Below the pieces are notes generated by a model, which was not told where the DNA came from, searched no databases, and saw only the letters and a list, made by a program, of their open reading frames with translations. 64,000 nucleotides of DNA from the NCBI GenBank assembly GCA_963727505.1, contig CAVSGP010000006.1, positions 32,001 through 96,000 of the forward strand, written 5' to 3'. Source of the DNA: an uncultured Trueperaceae bacterium. GTDB lineage: Bacteria > Deinococcota > Deinococci > Deinococcales > Trueperaceae. Below are positions 27,966-38,217 of the stretch, in pieces. The translations under genes and the position numbers were made by a program. Position 1 is the first letter of the stretch, and every line of letters begins with the position of its first letter.

Positions 27966-29330
27966 GTGGTCCATGCCTCGGTGCCGCGCCGGCGCGTCCG
28001 TCGGCGGCGGTGGTTATGGTTCTCGGCCGCGCTGGTGGCGGTCGGCGTGCTGGTGACCGTGTTGGTTCTGCGCCCCAGCGGGACGGCTCCGCAGCGGGTG
28101 TACCTGGAGAGCGTGAAGCGCCAGACGTTCGTGCGCGAGGTCAGCGGCACGGGCGTGGTCAGCGCGGCGCGGAGCCGAACGCTGGTGTTCTCCGGTAGCG
28201 GCACCGTCGCAGAGGTGTTGGTGAACGAGGGCGACCGGGTCGAGTCCGGCGCCCCCCTGGCGCGGCTCGACACGCGGGCGCTGGAGCGTGATCTCGCCAG
28301 CAGTCGGTCGGCCCTCGCCTCGGCGCGCGCCGACCTGGAGCGCGTGCTCGCCCAGCAGACGATCGATCGCCTCGACGCCCAGGCCGCCGTCACGGCCGCG
28401 GAGAATCAGCTCGCGACGGCGCGCCAGACCCTGATCGACGCCCGCACGAACCTCGCCTCGAGCGAGCGCTTGTTCGCCGTCGGCGGAGCCTCCACGACCG
28501 AGCGGGACGCGGCGCGCACGGCGGCCGAGCAGGCCGATCGTCAGGAGCGCCAGGCGGCGCAGGCGCTCGCCACCGCGAAGGCGCGGCTCGAGGGTTACGA
28601 CGCGCTGGCGCAGGCGCAGCGCAAGAGCGGCGAAGCGTCCATGTCGAAACTCGAGACCGCCCTCGCCAACCTCGAGCAGCAACGTGTCGAGGCCACGCTG
28701 CGGGCGCCCTTCGCGGGGGTGGTGTCCTCCGTGCCCTTGAAGGCCGGCGATCTCGTCACGCCCGGTGCCCCGCTTGGCATCGCGATGGTGGACGACAGCA
28801 GCGTCAGCGTTCTGGCCGATTTCGACGAGAACCGGGCCGTCGACCTGACGGCGGGCCAGGCGGTCACCGTCACCCCGGACGCCGCCCCCGACCTTGCCCT
28901 GCCGGGCGTGGTGACGCGCGTCGATCCGGTGGCGGCGCGCGGCGGCGGCAGCGCTCAGCTCCGCGCCGAGATCGCCTTCGCACCGGCCGAGGGCGCCAGC
29001 CTGCCGCGAGCGGCCGTGCGCCCCGGCTACACCGTGACCGCCCGCGTGGTCGTGCGCCGCATCCCTGACGCGCTGGTCCTTCCGCTCGAGGCCATCGAGA
29101 CCGCGGACGGCGCCAGCTACGTCTTCCGAGTGCGCGAGACCGGTGACCGGCGCGGGCAGGCGCGGGGCGTGGCCCAGCGCGTTGCGGTCGAGGTGCTCGA
29201 CCGCAACGAGACCCTGGCAGCAGTGGCCGACGGCGCTCTCAGCGACGGGGACCGCGTCGCCGCTACCAACGTGGATAAGCTCGCCGACGGCGACGCGGTC
29301 GGCTTCGAGGCCACGGGGGGCGGGGGATGA
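27966..29330 (+). CDS. Efflux periplasmic adaptor (MacA/HlyD-like)
   Basis: N-terminal TM, GTVAEVLVNEGDRV lipoyl motif, long coiled coil, LRAPFAGVV. Confidence 0.88.
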   Translation: MVHASVPRRRVRRRRWLWFSAALVAVGVLVTVLVLRPSGTAPQRVYLESVKRQTFVREVSGTGVVSAARSRTLVFSGSGTVAEVLVNEGDRVESGAPLARLDTRALERDLASSRSALASARADLERVLAQQTIDRLDAQAAVTAAENQLATARQTLIDARTNLASSERLFAVGGASTTERDAARTAAEQADRQERQAAQALATAKARLEGYDALAQAQRKSGEASMSKLETALANLEQQRVEATLRAPFAGVVSSVPLKAGDLVTPGAPLGIAMVDDSSVSVLADFDENRAVDLTAGQAVTVTPDAAPDLALPGVVTRVDPVAARGGGSAQLRAEIAFAPAEGASLPRAAVRPGYTVTARVVVRRIPDALVLPLEAIETADGASYVFRVRETGDRRGQARGVAQRVAVEVLDRNETLAAVADGALSDGDRVAATNVDKLADGDAVGFEATGGGG

Positions 29331-30160
29331 CATCTCGCTCCGCCGGCGCCCCGGCGGCCGACGGCGCCCGGCCCAACGACAGCGCCCGACTCAAGGACGG
29401 CGCCCCGTCCAGGGACGGGGATCCGCCTTCGCACGGGGGCCCGGTCATCGAGGCGCAGGGGCTGCACAAGGTCTACATCATGGAGGGCGGGCTGGAGGTG
29501 CGGGCGCTTCGCGGCCTCGACCTTGCGGTCGAGCGCGGCGAGTTCATCGCCATCATGGGGCCCTCGGGCAGCGGCAAGTCGACCCTCCTGCAGATCCTCG
29601 GATGCCTCGACGCGCCGACCTCCGGCAGCTACATGCTGGCCGGCCTGGAGGTGGCCCGCATGAGCGAGGACGCGCTGGCGCAGGTCCGCAACCGCCGCAT
29701 CGGGTTCATCTTCCAGTCGTTCAACCTGCTTCCGCGTGCAACGGCGCTGCGCAACGTGGCGCTGCCGCTGATGTACCGCGGCGTGCGGCCGCGCGAGCGC
29801 ATCGAGCGCGCCGCGGCGGCGCTGGAACGCATCGGCCTCGGCGACCGGCTCGATCACCGCTCCAACGAGCTCTCGGGCGGCCAGCGTCAGCGCGTGGCCA
29901 TCGCCCGGGCACTGGTGACCGAACCCGACATCCTGCTCGCCGACGAGCCCACCGGAAACCTCGATAGCCGCACCGGCGAGGAGATCCTGGCGCTCTTCGA
30001 TGCCATCCACCGCGAGGGGCGCACCGTGCTGATGGTCACGCACGAGGCGGAGGTGGCGCAACACACCGAGCGCATCGTCCACATCCGCGACGGGGTGGTG
30101 GAGTCGAGCGAGCGCGTGGTGTCGTCGACGCCGCCGCGCGGTCCGGTCGCGGCCCCCTAG
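29327..30160 (+). CDS. ABC transporter ATP-binding protein (MacB/LolD-like)
   Basis: GPSGSGKST, LSGGQRQR, ILLADEPTGNLD. Confidence 0.93.
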   Translation: MTSRSAGAPAADGARPNDSARLKDGAPSRDGDPPSHGGPVIEAQGLHKVYIMEGGLEVRALRGLDLAVERGEFIAIMGPSGSGKSTLLQILGCLDAPTSGSYMLAGLEVARMSEDALAQVRNRRIGFIFQSFNLLPRATALRNVALPLMYRGVRPRERIERAAAALERIGLGDRLDHRSNELSGGQRQRVAIARALVTEPDILLADEPTGNLDSRTGEEILALFDAIHREGRTVLMVTHEAEVAQHTERIVHIRDGVVESSERVVSSTPPRGPVAAP

Positions 30161-30168
30161 GAGCGGCG

Positions 30169-31365
30169 ATGATGCTTCTCGAGAACGTCCGCTCCGCGCT
30201 CGAGGCGCTGGCCGGCAACCGCCTGCGGTCGCTGCTGACCCTGATGGGCGTCATGATCGGCGTGTTCGCGGTGACGACCACCATCAGCCTGGGGGCGATC
30301 GCGACCGCCGGCATCACCTCGCAGCTCCAGGACTTCGGCAACCAGGCGCTGTTCATCACGCCCAACGAGGACAACCCACGCTCGACGAGCTTCACCGACG
30401 CCGACATCGACGCGCTCGCCAGGTTGCCGGTCAGCATCCTGCGCCAGCGCAACGTCCGCGGCGTGGCGCGCGCCGGTACGGAGGAGGCGCCGCTCACCGT
30501 GAACGGCGTGACGGCCAACGCGCCCCAGGTCGACCGCACCATCAAGCTGGCCCGCGGGCGCTACTTCACCGAGGAAGAGGACCGCAGGGCGGCTCCCGTG
30601 ATGGTGCTGTCCGCCGACGCCAAGGAATCGCTCTTCCCGGACGATCCCAATCCGGTCGGCCGGCAGGTCTCCGTCACGGTGGGCACCTCGCGCACCTTCT
30701 ACACCGTGATCGGGGTCAAGGAGACGCTCACGGGCGCCTTCACCTTCGCGGCGACCGTGGCGGCCGACGTGCCGTTGCAGACGCTCTACCTCAACCACCC
30801 GTCGCTGACGCGCGGCGAGTACCCGTTCCTGCCGGTGACGGTGGGTCTGGAACGGCCGATCGGCGATATCGAGGCGCAGGTCGACGCCATCCTCACCCGG
30901 CGCCGCGGCCCCGACACCTTCCGGATCCAGACCATCCAGGGCGCCCTGACGCTGTTCAACACCATCACCACCATCCTGCAGGCAGTGCTGGGCGGCATCG
31001 GCGCCATCAGCCTGCTGGTCGGCGGCATCGGCATCTTGAACATCATGCTGGTGTCGGTGACCGAGCGGACCCGTGAGATCGGCCTGCGCAAGGCGCTGGG
31101 CGCGAAGAAGGGCGTCATCCTCCAACAGTTCCTGATCGAGGCGGTCGTGCTGACGCTGGTGGGCGGCCTGGTAGGGTTGGCGGCCGCCATCGGCGTGCTC
31201 TACCTGGCGGTGGCGCTGGTCCCCTTCCTCGACAAGGTGGTGCTGTCGCCGTTCACCGTGCTGCTGGGGTTGTTCGTGAGCGTGGCGACGGGCGTGTTGT
31301 TCGGCGTCTGGCCGGCCAGCCGCGCCGCCAACCTGAGCCCGATCGAGGCGCTGCGCTACGAGTAG
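30169..31365 (+). CDS. ABC transporter permease (MacB-like)
   Basis: NRLRSLLT, GGIGILNIMLVSVTERTREIGLRKALGA, PIEALRYE. Confidence 0.93.
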   Translation: MMLLENVRSALEALAGNRLRSLLTLMGVMIGVFAVTTTISLGAIATAGITSQLQDFGNQALFITPNEDNPRSTSFTDADIDALARLPVSILRQRNVRGVARAGTEEAPLTVNGVTANAPQVDRTIKLARGRYFTEEEDRRAAPVMVLSADAKESLFPDDPNPVGRQVSVTVGTSRTFYTVIGVKETLTGAFTFAATVAADVPLQTLYLNHPSLTRGEYPFLPVTVGLERPIGDIEAQVDAILTRRRGPDTFRIQTIQGALTLFNTITTILQAVLGGIGAISLLVGGIGILNIMLVSVTERTREIGLRKALGAKKGVILQQFLIEAVVLTLVGGLVGLAAAIGVLYLAVALVPFLDKVVLSPFTVLLGLFVSVATGVLFGVWPASRAANLSPIEALRYE

Positions 31366-31531
31366 CGGCGCAGCATGATTCGCGTCTCGGCCGGGCGGCG
31401 TGCAATCCTAGAGACCGTCGGCGCCGCAGGTTCGGGGATCGGCGGTCGCCACGGCCGGAGGACCACCCGGCCGGCGCCAGGCGGAGGGCGGGCGCGGGCA
31501 GGGCCGCAGAGGCGCCGGCAGGAGGGCCGTC

Positions 31532-32923
31532 ATGGATGACGCAATCACCACAGCGCTGGCGTTCGCCGAGGAGCGCATCGAGGACTACACGCAGGATCTG
31601 ATGGACTTCGTCACGATCCCGAGCGTCAGCACCGATCCCGAGCGTGAGCAGGACATCGGCGCGGCCGCGGTGTGGGCCGCGGCCCGGCTGCAACGGGCGG
31701 GCGTGCCCGAAGTCCGCGCCATCGACACCCCGGGACACCCGGTCGTGGTCGGCCGCTGGCAGGTCGACCCGAGCAAGCCGACGGTGGTGATCTACGGACA
31801 CTACGACGTGCAACCGCCCGACAACCTGGAGCTGTGGGAGACCCCGCCCTTCGAGCCGGAGGTGCGGGAAGGCAAGGTGTTCGGTCGCGGCGCCAGCGCC
31901 AGCAAGGGCAGCGTGCTGGTGCCCATCCAGGCGGTGGAGGCCTGGTCGGAGACGGCGGGCGCCCCTCCTGTGAACGTCACGTTCGTGCTCGAGGGCGAGG
32001 AGGTGTCGCTCAGCCCCCACCTCCCCACCTTCTTGCGCGAGCACAAGGAGCTCCTGGCCGGCGATCTGGCGATCAGCGCCGACGGCGCGATGTTCGGCCC
32101 CGACGACCCGTCGCTCACCGTCGCCTCGCGGGGCAACTGCGCCTGCGAGGTGGTGGTGCAGGGCGCCGCGGTCGACTTGCACTCGGGCGCCTATGGCGGT
32201 GCCGTCCCGAACACGCCGCTGGCCCTGGCGCACATCCTGGCGCGGCTGCACGATCACAACGGTCGCGTGGCCGTCCCCGGCTTCTACGACGGCGTGGCGG
32301 AACCTTCGCAGGCGATCCGCGACGCGATCCGGTCCATCCCCTTCGACGAGGCGCAGGAGCGCGCTGCCCTCGGTCTGCGGGCGTGGACGGGGGAGGCTGG
32401 CTACTCTCCGCAGGAGCGCATGTGGGTGCGGCCCACGCTCGACGTCACCGGCATGGGCGGTGGCTACCAGGGCGATGGCATCAAGACCGTGCTGCCGAGC
32501 GAGGCGCGCGCCAAGATCAGTTGCCGGCTCGTTCCCGGGCAGCACCCGGAGCGCATCCTCGGCGCCATCGAGACCTTCGTGCACGACCGCGCCCCGGAGG
32601 GCGTCACCGTGAACATCACGCGCCTTCCCGGCATGGCCCGTGCCTACGCCATGCCGCTGGAGCATCCCGCGCTCGAGGCCGCGGCGCGCAGCATGGAGGC
32701 CGTGTACGGCAAGCGTCCCTTCCCGATGTGGATGGGGGCCACCGTCCCGGCGGCGGAGGCGTTCCAGTCGGCCCTCGGCATGTGGTGTCTGTACTTCGCC
32801 TTCGCCGAGTTCGACAACCAACAGCATGCGCCTAACGAGTTCTACCGGATCGAGACGCTGCGGCGGGGCACCGCTGCCACCATCCGGTTGCTGGCGGCGC
32901 TGGAGGACGTGCCGTTGCGCTGA
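31532..32923 (+). CDS. M20 family dipeptidase-like protein with altered metal-binding motifs
   Basis: YGHYDVQP, GRGASASKG, EGEEVS, DLHSG, HAPNE. Confidence 0.88.
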   Translation: MDDAITTALAFAEERIEDYTQDLMDFVTIPSVSTDPEREQDIGAAAVWAAARLQRAGVPEVRAIDTPGHPVVVGRWQVDPSKPTVVIYGHYDVQPPDNLELWETPPFEPEVREGKVFGRGASASKGSVLVPIQAVEAWSETAGAPPVNVTFVLEGEEVSLSPHLPTFLREHKELLAGDLAISADGAMFGPDDPSLTVASRGNCACEVVVQGAAVDLHSGAYGGAVPNTPLALAHILARLHDHNGRVAVPGFYDGVAEPSQAIRDAIRSIPFDEAQERAALGLRAWTGEAGYSPQERMWVRPTLDVTGMGGGYQGDGIKTVLPSEARAKISCRLVPGQHPERILGAIETFVHDRAPEGVTVNITRLPGMARAYAMPLEHPALEAAARSMEAVYGKRPFPMWMGATVPAAEAFQSALGMWCLYFAFAEFDNQQHAPNEFYRIETLRRGTAATIRLLAALEDVPLR

Positions 32924-32956
32924 GCCGCGCAGCGCGTCCGGTCGCGTTGCGCCGGC

Positions 32957-33031
32957 GTTGGCACGAAGGCCGCTGGTTCGAATGCTGTTGGTTCGAACGC
33001 TATTGGCCCGAGCACTGTAGCTTCGTACAAA
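32957..33031. repeat. Degenerate 15-bp tandem repeat (about 5 units)
   Basis: gttggcacgaaggcc gctggttcgaatgct gttggttcgaacgct attggcccgagcact gtagcttcgtacaaa. Confidence 0.7.
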
Positions 33032-33090
33032 CAATCCACGCGCGTTCGTAGGTCCCGATGATTGTCGGGGGCGGACGCGCTCCCTATACT
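33016..33090 (+). promoter_or_regulatory. hpa operon promoter with two TGT-N8-ACA-like boxes
   Basis: Boxes at 33016-33029 and 33047-33060; TTGTCG-17-TATACT at 33062-33090. Confidence 0.7.
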
Positions 33091-33427
33091 CCTGGCAAGG
33101 CAAGGTGTCACGAGGAGGTTGCTGCAGGGCACGGTTGCGCCGGGACACGGTTGCGCCGACCCCGCCTCGACCGGTCGGCTCCGGGCTTCGGCTCGCGGGG
33201 TCGAGTGCTTCGCGTTTCGTCGCGGAGTGCCGGCACGGCGGGCGCGTGATCGAGCGCGCCGTGTGCAGCCGCGGTCCCCCGCCACGGCTTCCCGCTACGG
33301 CGGCGGGCTTCGAGACCTTCCGGCACGCTACCGGCTCCCAACGTCGGCTCCCGCGCCGGCTTTCGGCGGTCGACGGCGTCGCGAGAACGCATCATCGCTC
33401 TTCGGAACGTTCGGCAGGAGGCTTCGG

Positions 33428-34336
33428 ATGCTCGTACCCAAGGGTTCCATCGTCCCGCTCCCGACCCCCTTCAGCGGGGCGGATGCGGCCATCGACGAGG
33501 CCGCGCTGGCGCGCCTCGTCGAGTTCCAGATCGACCACGGCAGTCACGGCCTGAGCTGCACCGGCACCACCGGCGAACCGTCGTCGCTGTCGCTGAGCGA
33601 GCGCAAGCGCGTGATCGATCTGGTGCACGAGACCATCGGTGGGCGCGTGCCGTTCGTCCCGGGCACCGGCACCAACAACATCGACGAGACGCTCGAGCTG
33701 ACGCGCTACGCCGCGCTTCGGGGTGTCGACGGGGTGCTGGTGATCGCGCCGTACTACGTGCGCCCCAACCAGAACAACCTCTTCGCCTACTTCAAGACCG
33801 TGGCCGACGCCGTGCCCGACACGCCGGTCATCCTGTACAACATCCCGGGTCGCACGGCGGTGAACATCGAGCCCGCGACCATCGGCCGCCTGCGCGAGGC
33901 CTGCCCCAACCTGGTGGGCGTCAAGCACGCCACCAAGAACCTCGACGACGTGTCCTACACCTTCGTCCACGCCGGACGCGACTTCGCCGTGTACTGCGGC
34001 GCCGAGACGCTGACCTACCCCATGCTGACGCTGGGCGGCAGCGGGCACATCAGTGCCACGGGCGTGCTGGCTCCGCGCGAGATCGCGCAGCTCTACGAGC
34101 TGGCGGCCGCCGGCAAGTGGGACGAGGCGCGCGACCTGCACTTCCGGATGCTCGAACTCAACGACGTCCTGTTCATCGAGATCAATCCGGTCCCTCTCAA
34201 GACGGCGCTGTCGCTGATGGGGCTGATCGAAGCGCGCTGGCGCCTGCCGCTGGGCCCCATGCTTCCGGAGAACGAGACCCGCCTGAGGAGCACGCTCCAC
34301 CGCTACGGGCTCGTCGAGGCGGAGACGTCGGCGTGA
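33428..34336 (+). CDS. hpaI: DapA-family aldolase of the homoprotocatechuate pathway (HpaI-type)
   Basis: GTTGE, ILYNIPGRT, GVKH; first gene of the hpa operon. Confidence 0.8.
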   Translation: MLVPKGSIVPLPTPFSGADAAIDEAALARLVEFQIDHGSHGLSCTGTTGEPSSLSLSERKRVIDLVHETIGGRVPFVPGTGTNNIDETLELTRYAALRGVDGVLVIAPYYVRPNQNNLFAYFKTVADAVPDTPVILYNIPGRTAVNIEPATIGRLREACPNLVGVKHATKNLDDVSYTFVHAGRDFAVYCGAETLTYPMLTLGGSGHISATGVLAPREIAQLYELAAAGKWDEARDLHFRMLELNDVLFIEINPVPLKTALSLMGLIEARWRLPLGPMLPENETRLRSTLHRYGLVEAETSA

Positions 34337-35148
34337 GGCACGCCCGCGTCATCGCCGACGGCCGGCTCGAGCACGCGCGCGTCGACCTGGACGCGGCCGG
34401 CCGACCGGTCGTCGTGACGGCTTCCGGCCGTGCCTTCGCCGAGGACGGCGTCACCTGGCTGCCGCCCGTCGATCCCGGCACCATCCTGGCGCTGGCACTC
34501 AACTACGGCGACCACGCCCGCGAGCTCGAGCTCGAGCGTCCCGAGCAGCCGGCGCTGTTCCCGAAATTCCGTAACGCCCTGGTGGGCCACCGTGGAGCGG
34601 TGGTGCGGCCCCGCGGCATCGCCTACATGCATTACGAGAACGAACTGGCCGTGGTGATCGGCCGCTCCTGCCGCCGCGTGCGCGAGGCCGACGCGCTCGA
34701 CGTCGTCAAGGGCTACACGATCGCCAACGACTTCGTGGTCCGCGACTTCGTCATCAACCACTTCCGGCCTCCGGTGAAGCCCAAGAACTTCGACACCTTC
34801 CTGCCGCTCGGCCCCTGGCTGGTCGATGCCGAGGACGTGCCGGACCCGCAGGCCCTGGCGCTGACCACCACGGTCAACGGCGAGGTCCGGCAGCAAGGCA
34901 CCACCGCCGACATGCTGTACTCGGTGGCCGAGATCATCGCCTACGTGACCGAGTTCATGACCCTGCAGGAGGACGACGTGCTGCTCACGGGTACGCCCAA
35001 GGGGATCAGCCACGTCCGGGCCCGTGACCAGGTGCGGTGCGAGGTCGAGAAGATCGGCGTCCTAGAGAACACCATCGTCGCCGAGGAGAAGGTGGTCGAC
35101 AACGCGGCGCGTGGCGCCGCGCCGGCCGCCGGGGAGGAGGAGGCATGA
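34333..35148 (+). CDS. hpaG: Fumarylacetoacetate hydrolase family isomerase/decarboxylase
   Basis: LALNYGDH, HYENELAVVIG, GYTIAND, KNFDTF, LLTGTP. Confidence 0.85.
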   Translation: MRHARVIADGRLEHARVDLDAAGRPVVVTASGRAFAEDGVTWLPPVDPGTILALALNYGDHARELELERPEQPALFPKFRNALVGHRGAVVRPRGIAYMHYENELAVVIGRSCRRVREADALDVVKGYTIANDFVVRDFVINHFRPPVKPKNFDTFLPLGPWLVDAEDVPDPQALALTTTVNGEVRQQGTTADMLYSVAEIIAYVTEFMTLQEDDVLLTGTPKGISHVRARDQVRCEVEKIGVLENTIVAEEKVVDNAARGAAPAAGEEEA

Positions 35149-36692
35149 GCGTCGGGCGGATCGGGGATGGGGTCCCCGACACCCCCGCGGCCGGGCGCCG
35201 CGCCCAGGCGCTGGACGTCGTCCGTCGGCGCTGGGACGGCCATGTCCGCCACCTCGTGGGCGACGCCTGGGTGGACAGCCAGGGCGGCGGCGCCTTCGAG
35301 ACGCGCTCGCCCATCGACGACGCCCACCTGGCGACGGTCGCCGCCGGCGAGGCGGCCGACGTCGACCGCGCCGCCCGGGCGGCGGCGGAGGCGTTCCGCT
35401 CCTGGCGCCGGGTGAGCGCCGCCGAGCGGCGCGCGCTGCTCCATCGCGTGGCCGACCTCATCGAGGAGCACGCCGAGGAGATCACCCTGCTCGAGGTGAT
35501 CGACACCGGGCAGCCCTGGCGATTCATGAGCCAGGCGGCTCGGCGCGGCGCTCGGAACTTCCGGTTCTTCGCCGACCGCGCCGAGCAGGCGGGCAACGGC
35601 CTCAGCCTGCCGTCCGACGAGCACCTCAACTACACGCTGCGTCAGCCCATCGGCCCGGTCGGGGTCATCACCCCCTGGAACACCCCCTTCATGCTCTCGA
35701 CCTGGAAGATCGCGCCCGCCCTGGCTGCCGGGTGCACCGTGGTGCACAAGCCGGCGGAGTGGAGTCCGCTCAGCGCCACACGGCTGGCCGAGTTGATGCG
35801 CGAGGCGGGCCTGCCCGCGGGCGTCGTGAACGTTGTGCACGGCGACGGCGAGACCGCCGGGCGGGCACTCACCGAGCACCCGCTCATCAAGGCGGTCGCT
35901 TTCGTCGGCGAGTCGGTCACCGGTAGCCGCATCATGGCGCAGGGCGCCCCCACCTTGAAGCGCGTGCACTTCGAGCTGGGCGGCAAGAACCCGGTTGTGG
36001 TCTTCGCGGACGCCGACCTGGAGCGCGCGCTCGACGCGGTGGTCTTCATGATCTACAGCCTCAACGGCGAGCGCTGCACGTCCTCCAGCCGGGTGCTCGT
36101 CGAGGCCGGCATCTACGACGACTTCACCGCCCGCATCGCCGAGCGCGCTGGACGCATCCGCGTCGGCGATCCTTTCGACCCCGAAACGGAGATGGGGCCG
36201 CTCATCCACCCCGAGCACCTGGCCAAGGTGCTGGGCTACATGGACGTGGCCCGCCGGGAGGGGGCCACCGTCGCGGCCGGCGGCGGTCCCGCCGCGGGGC
36301 TCGAAGGGGGCTACGTGGCGCCCACCCTGTTCACCGGGGCGCGCCCGGAGATGCGCATCGCTCAGGAGGAGATCTTCGGGCCGGTCCTGACGGCCATCCC
36401 CTTCGCAAGTGAGGCGCAGGCGCTCGAGCTCGCCAACGGCGTGCCCTACGGCCTTGCGGCCTACCTTTGGACGCGCGACGCCGCTCGCGCGCACCGCTTC
36501 GCGCGCGACGTCGAGGCAGGCATGGTGTGGGTGAACTCGCAGAACGTGCGGCACCTGCCGACACCCTTCGGCGGCGCCAAGATGAGCGGCATCGGCCGCG
36601 ACGGTGGAGACTACAGCTTCGACTTCTACATGGAGACCAAGAACGTTTCCGTCGCCCTGGGGGACCATCGCATCCCCAAGCTGGGCGCCTGA
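35145..36692 (+). CDS. hpaE: 5-carboxymethyl-2-hydroxymuconate semialdehyde dehydrogenase
   Basis: [45 protein letters not shown]. Confidence 0.92.
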   Translation: MSVGRIGDGVPDTPAAGRRAQALDVVRRRWDGHVRHLVGDAWVDSQGGGAFETRSPIDDAHLATVAAGEAADVDRAARAAAEAFRSWRRVSAAERRALLHRVADLIEEHAEEITLLEVIDTGQPWRFMSQAARRGARNFRFFADRAEQAGNGLSLPSDEHLNYTLRQPIGPVGVITPWNTPFMLSTWKIAPALAAGCTVVHKPAEWSPLSATRLAELMREAGLPAGVVNVVHGDGETAGRALTEHPLIKAVAFVGESVTGSRIMAQGAPTLKRVHFELGGKNPVVVFADADLERALDAVVFMIYSLNGERCTSSSRVLVEAGIYDDFTARIAERAGRIRVGDPFDPETEMGPLIHPEHLAKVLGYMDVARREGATVAAGGGPAAGLEGGYVAPTLFTGARPEMRIAQEEIFGPVLTAIPFASEAQALELANGVPYGLAAYLWTRDAARAHRFARDVEAGMVWVNSQNVRHLPTPFGGAKMSGIGRDGGDYSFDFYMETKNVSVALGDHRIPKLGA

Positions 36693-36706
36693 GAGGGGAC
36701 GCAAGG

Positions 36707-38197
36707 ATGCCCGTACGCACCGGCCGGCAGTTCCTGGAAGGGCTCAAGCGCAACCCGCCCAACATCTGGGTGGACGGCGAGAAGGTCGACGACCCGACCA
36801 CCCACCCCGCCACCGCCAACGTCGCCAGGTCGATCGCCCACCTCTACGACCTGCAACACCGCCCCGACCTGGTCGACGTGCTCACCTACGAGAGCCCGTC
36901 GAGCGGTGAGCGCGTGGGCATGAGCTTCCTCGAGCCGCAGTCCAAGGACGATCTTCGGCGGCGCGCGCGCATGCACAAGGTCTGGGCCGACGCCAGCCTC
37001 GGCTTCATCGGGCGCAGCCCGGACTACCTCAACGTCAACCTGATGGCGGCGGCGCGGGCGGCCGCCTACTTCGAGCAGTGCGATCCCCGTTTCGGGGCCA
37101 ACATGCGCCGCTACTACGAGTACGTGCGCGAGCACGACCTCTGCCTCACCCACGCGCTGACCAACCCGCAGGTGAACCGGGAGAAGCGCGCCGATCAGCT
37201 CAGCGACCCCTACATCGCGCTGGGTCTGGTGAAGGAGGTCGACGAGGGCATCGTGGTGCGCGGGGCCCGCATGATGGCGACGCTGCCGATCGCCGACGAG
37301 ATCCTCATCTTCCCGTCGACGGTGCTCAAGGAGCAGGAGGAGATGACGCGCTACGCCCTGGCCTTCGCGGTGCCCTGCTCCGCGCCGGGGTTGAGCTTCC
37401 AGTGTCGGGAGCCGCTCGACCTCGGGCGCAGCCACGAGGACCATCCGTTGGGCTCACGCTTCGACGAGATGGACGCGATGGTCTACTTCGACGACGTGCT
37501 GGTGCCCTGGGACCGCGTCTTCATCGTCGGCGACGTCAAGCTCGCCAACCGCGCCTACGCCACCACCGGCGCCGTGTACCACATGGCCCACCAGGTGCTC
37601 GGCGTCAAGATCGCCAAGACCGAAGCGTTCCTGGGCGCGGCGCAGGCGATCGTCGACATGATCGGCAGCGAGCAGTTCCAGCACGTGCAGCAGAAGGTGG
37701 CCGAGCTCATCATCGTCCTCGAGATCATGAAGGCGCTGCGCACCCAGGCGGAGGAGACGGCCTTCCTCGACGCCTACGGCACCATGACGCCGGGTAAGGA
37801 CGCGGTGAACGCGGCCCGCAACTACTTCCCGCAGGTCTACCCGCGCATGGTGGAGATCCTGCAACTGCTGTCTGCCAGCGGCCTCATCATGATCCCGACC
37901 GAGCGCGACCGGAACGGGCCGATGGCGGACAGCATCGGCAAGTTCCTGCAGGCGCGCAACGCCGACAGCGAGACGCGCATCAAGCTCTACCGCCTTGCAT
38001 GGGACATGACGATCTCCGCCTTCGGAGGACGCCAGAACCTCTACGAGAAGTTCTTCTTCGGCGACCCCGTGCGTACCCAGTGCGCCCTCTACCAGAGCTA
38101 CGACAAGCAGCCCTACGTCGACCGGGTGCTGCGCTTCCTGCAGCGTTCGGACGACCCTGCGGGCGAGCCGTCCGCGCCGGCGCAGCCGGCGGACTAG
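36707..38197 (+). CDS. hpaB: 4-hydroxyphenylacetate 3-monooxygenase, oxygenase component
   Basis: [40 protein letters not shown]. Confidence 0.93.
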   Translation: MPVRTGRQFLEGLKRNPPNIWVDGEKVDDPTTHPATANVARSIAHLYDLQHRPDLVDVLTYESPSSGERVGMSFLEPQSKDDLRRRARMHKVWADASLGFIGRSPDYLNVNLMAAARAAAYFEQCDPRFGANMRRYYEYVREHDLCLTHALTNPQVNREKRADQLSDPYIALGLVKEVDEGIVVRGARMMATLPIADEILIFPSTVLKEQEEMTRYALAFAVPCSAPGLSFQCREPLDLGRSHEDHPLGSRFDEMDAMVYFDDVLVPWDRVFIVGDVKLANRAYATTGAVYHMAHQVLGVKIAKTEAFLGAAQAIVDMIGSEQFQHVQQKVAELIIVLEIMKALRTQAEETAFLDAYGTMTPGKDAVNAARNYFPQVYPRMVEILQLLSASGLIMIPTERDRNGPMADSIGKFLQARNADSETRIKLYRLAWDMTISAFGGRQNLYEKFFFGDPVRTQCALYQSYDKQPYVDRVLRFLQRSDDPAGEPSAPAQPAD

Positions 38198-38217
38198 GGG
38201 AGGGGAGGAAGGACCCG

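Noticed and set aside
32957..33031. Possible mini-CRISPR array (also 9980-10034)
   Set aside because: Units are 11-15 bp and contiguous, with no unique spacers and no cas genes
33400..33414. Second PaaR box near the hpaI RBS (GGAACGTTCG)
   Set aside because: Only the right half-site matches CNAACGNNCGTTNG
33428..34336. Call as lysine-biosynthetic dapA
   Set aside because: It is translationally coupled to hpaG-hpaE, so context favours the HpaI-type DapA subfamily
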